The notes below the pieces were generated by a model. The model was not told where the DNA came from and searched no databases. It worked only from the letters and a program-made list of their open reading frames with translations. Shown piece by piece: positions 61,507 through 62,000 of a stretch of 62,000 nt of DNA; positions within the stretch are counted from its first letter, which is position 1; every line of letters starts with the position of its first letter. The translations under genes were made by a program, and so were the position numbers. Origin of the DNA: Vicugna vicugna (Eukaryota); NCBI GenBank assembly GCA_013265495.1, contig MU058213.1:5413149-5475148 (forward strand), given 5' to 3'.

Positions 61507-62000
61507 TTTAACACAGAGGATTATATCCTGGTTGACTCACTCTTCTGGCTTCCCTCTCCTGCATTTTCCTTCATTCCTGGAAATTTTCTGAGGGAACCCT
61601 AGCCTTGAGCTGCTTCCAGCTGGAGTTGGCCTGAGACCAAGACTTCACTACCACCTCTGCAGTAATGAGGGGGGAAATGAAGACCGGGAGTCTGGAAGAA
61701 TCTCTGTTCCTGGTGGGAGCTCAGCTGTGAACTAGCAGGTGGGAATAGAACCAACCAGCTCCTGCCCACTTCTGGAAATCCTGACTCAAACGCTTAGCTT
61801 GTCTTTCTCCAGGGATTCAGCAGCACAGGGCAGGCTGTCAGCACATTCCCCAGGGAAATAGATAGGGGTGGGAGGTAGGGGATGCGAAGCATTAACAGGG
61901 CCTGAGTTCAGAGTCTGATGCAAAAGCAAGAAAAGTCTGGTCGCCTTGAAATCCGTGCCTCCCAGCATCCTTCCCCTTGTCCTGATGCTTGGCTGCAGGG

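Noticed and set aside
1..62000. A novel multi-gene or prokaryote-style system, or a named host gene
   Set aside because: No supported coding exons, operon structure or RNA genes; the locus cannot be named without a genome search.

Overview
Mammalian (eutherian) non-coding DNA, probably from a camelid. That assignment rests on two tRNA-derived SINEs resembling the camelid Vic-1 family (from recall) and on my seeing no Alu, B1/B2 or Bov-A/BovB elements. I can support no cellular protein-coding exon, RNA gene or CRISPR array; the only recognisable peptides are LINE-1 ORF2 remnants. Much of the window is interspersed repeat: old MIR, L2, L1M, MLT1/MLT2, MER5, MER20 and MER2 copies, five ERV1-type solo LTRs and an LTR41-like LTR with a CTCF motif. 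There are also four 5'-truncated copies of one younger L1 family and two SINEs, most with readable target-site duplications (TSDs). The most notable structure is the only CpG island (about 49.5-50.2 kb). Its core, with YY1, NRF1-like and GC-box motifs, lies inside a 535-bp solo LTR (TG...CA, perfect TATT TSD) nested in an old antisense L1, next to a GC-enriched MIR, so it is a candidate transposon-built promoter. Also notable is an orphan, tailless L1 5'-UTR fragment flanked by an 8-bp direct repeat (26547-26863). Repeat family names come from pattern recall rather than a database search, and boundaries without a TSD are approximate. I found no evidence of a new multi-gene system.
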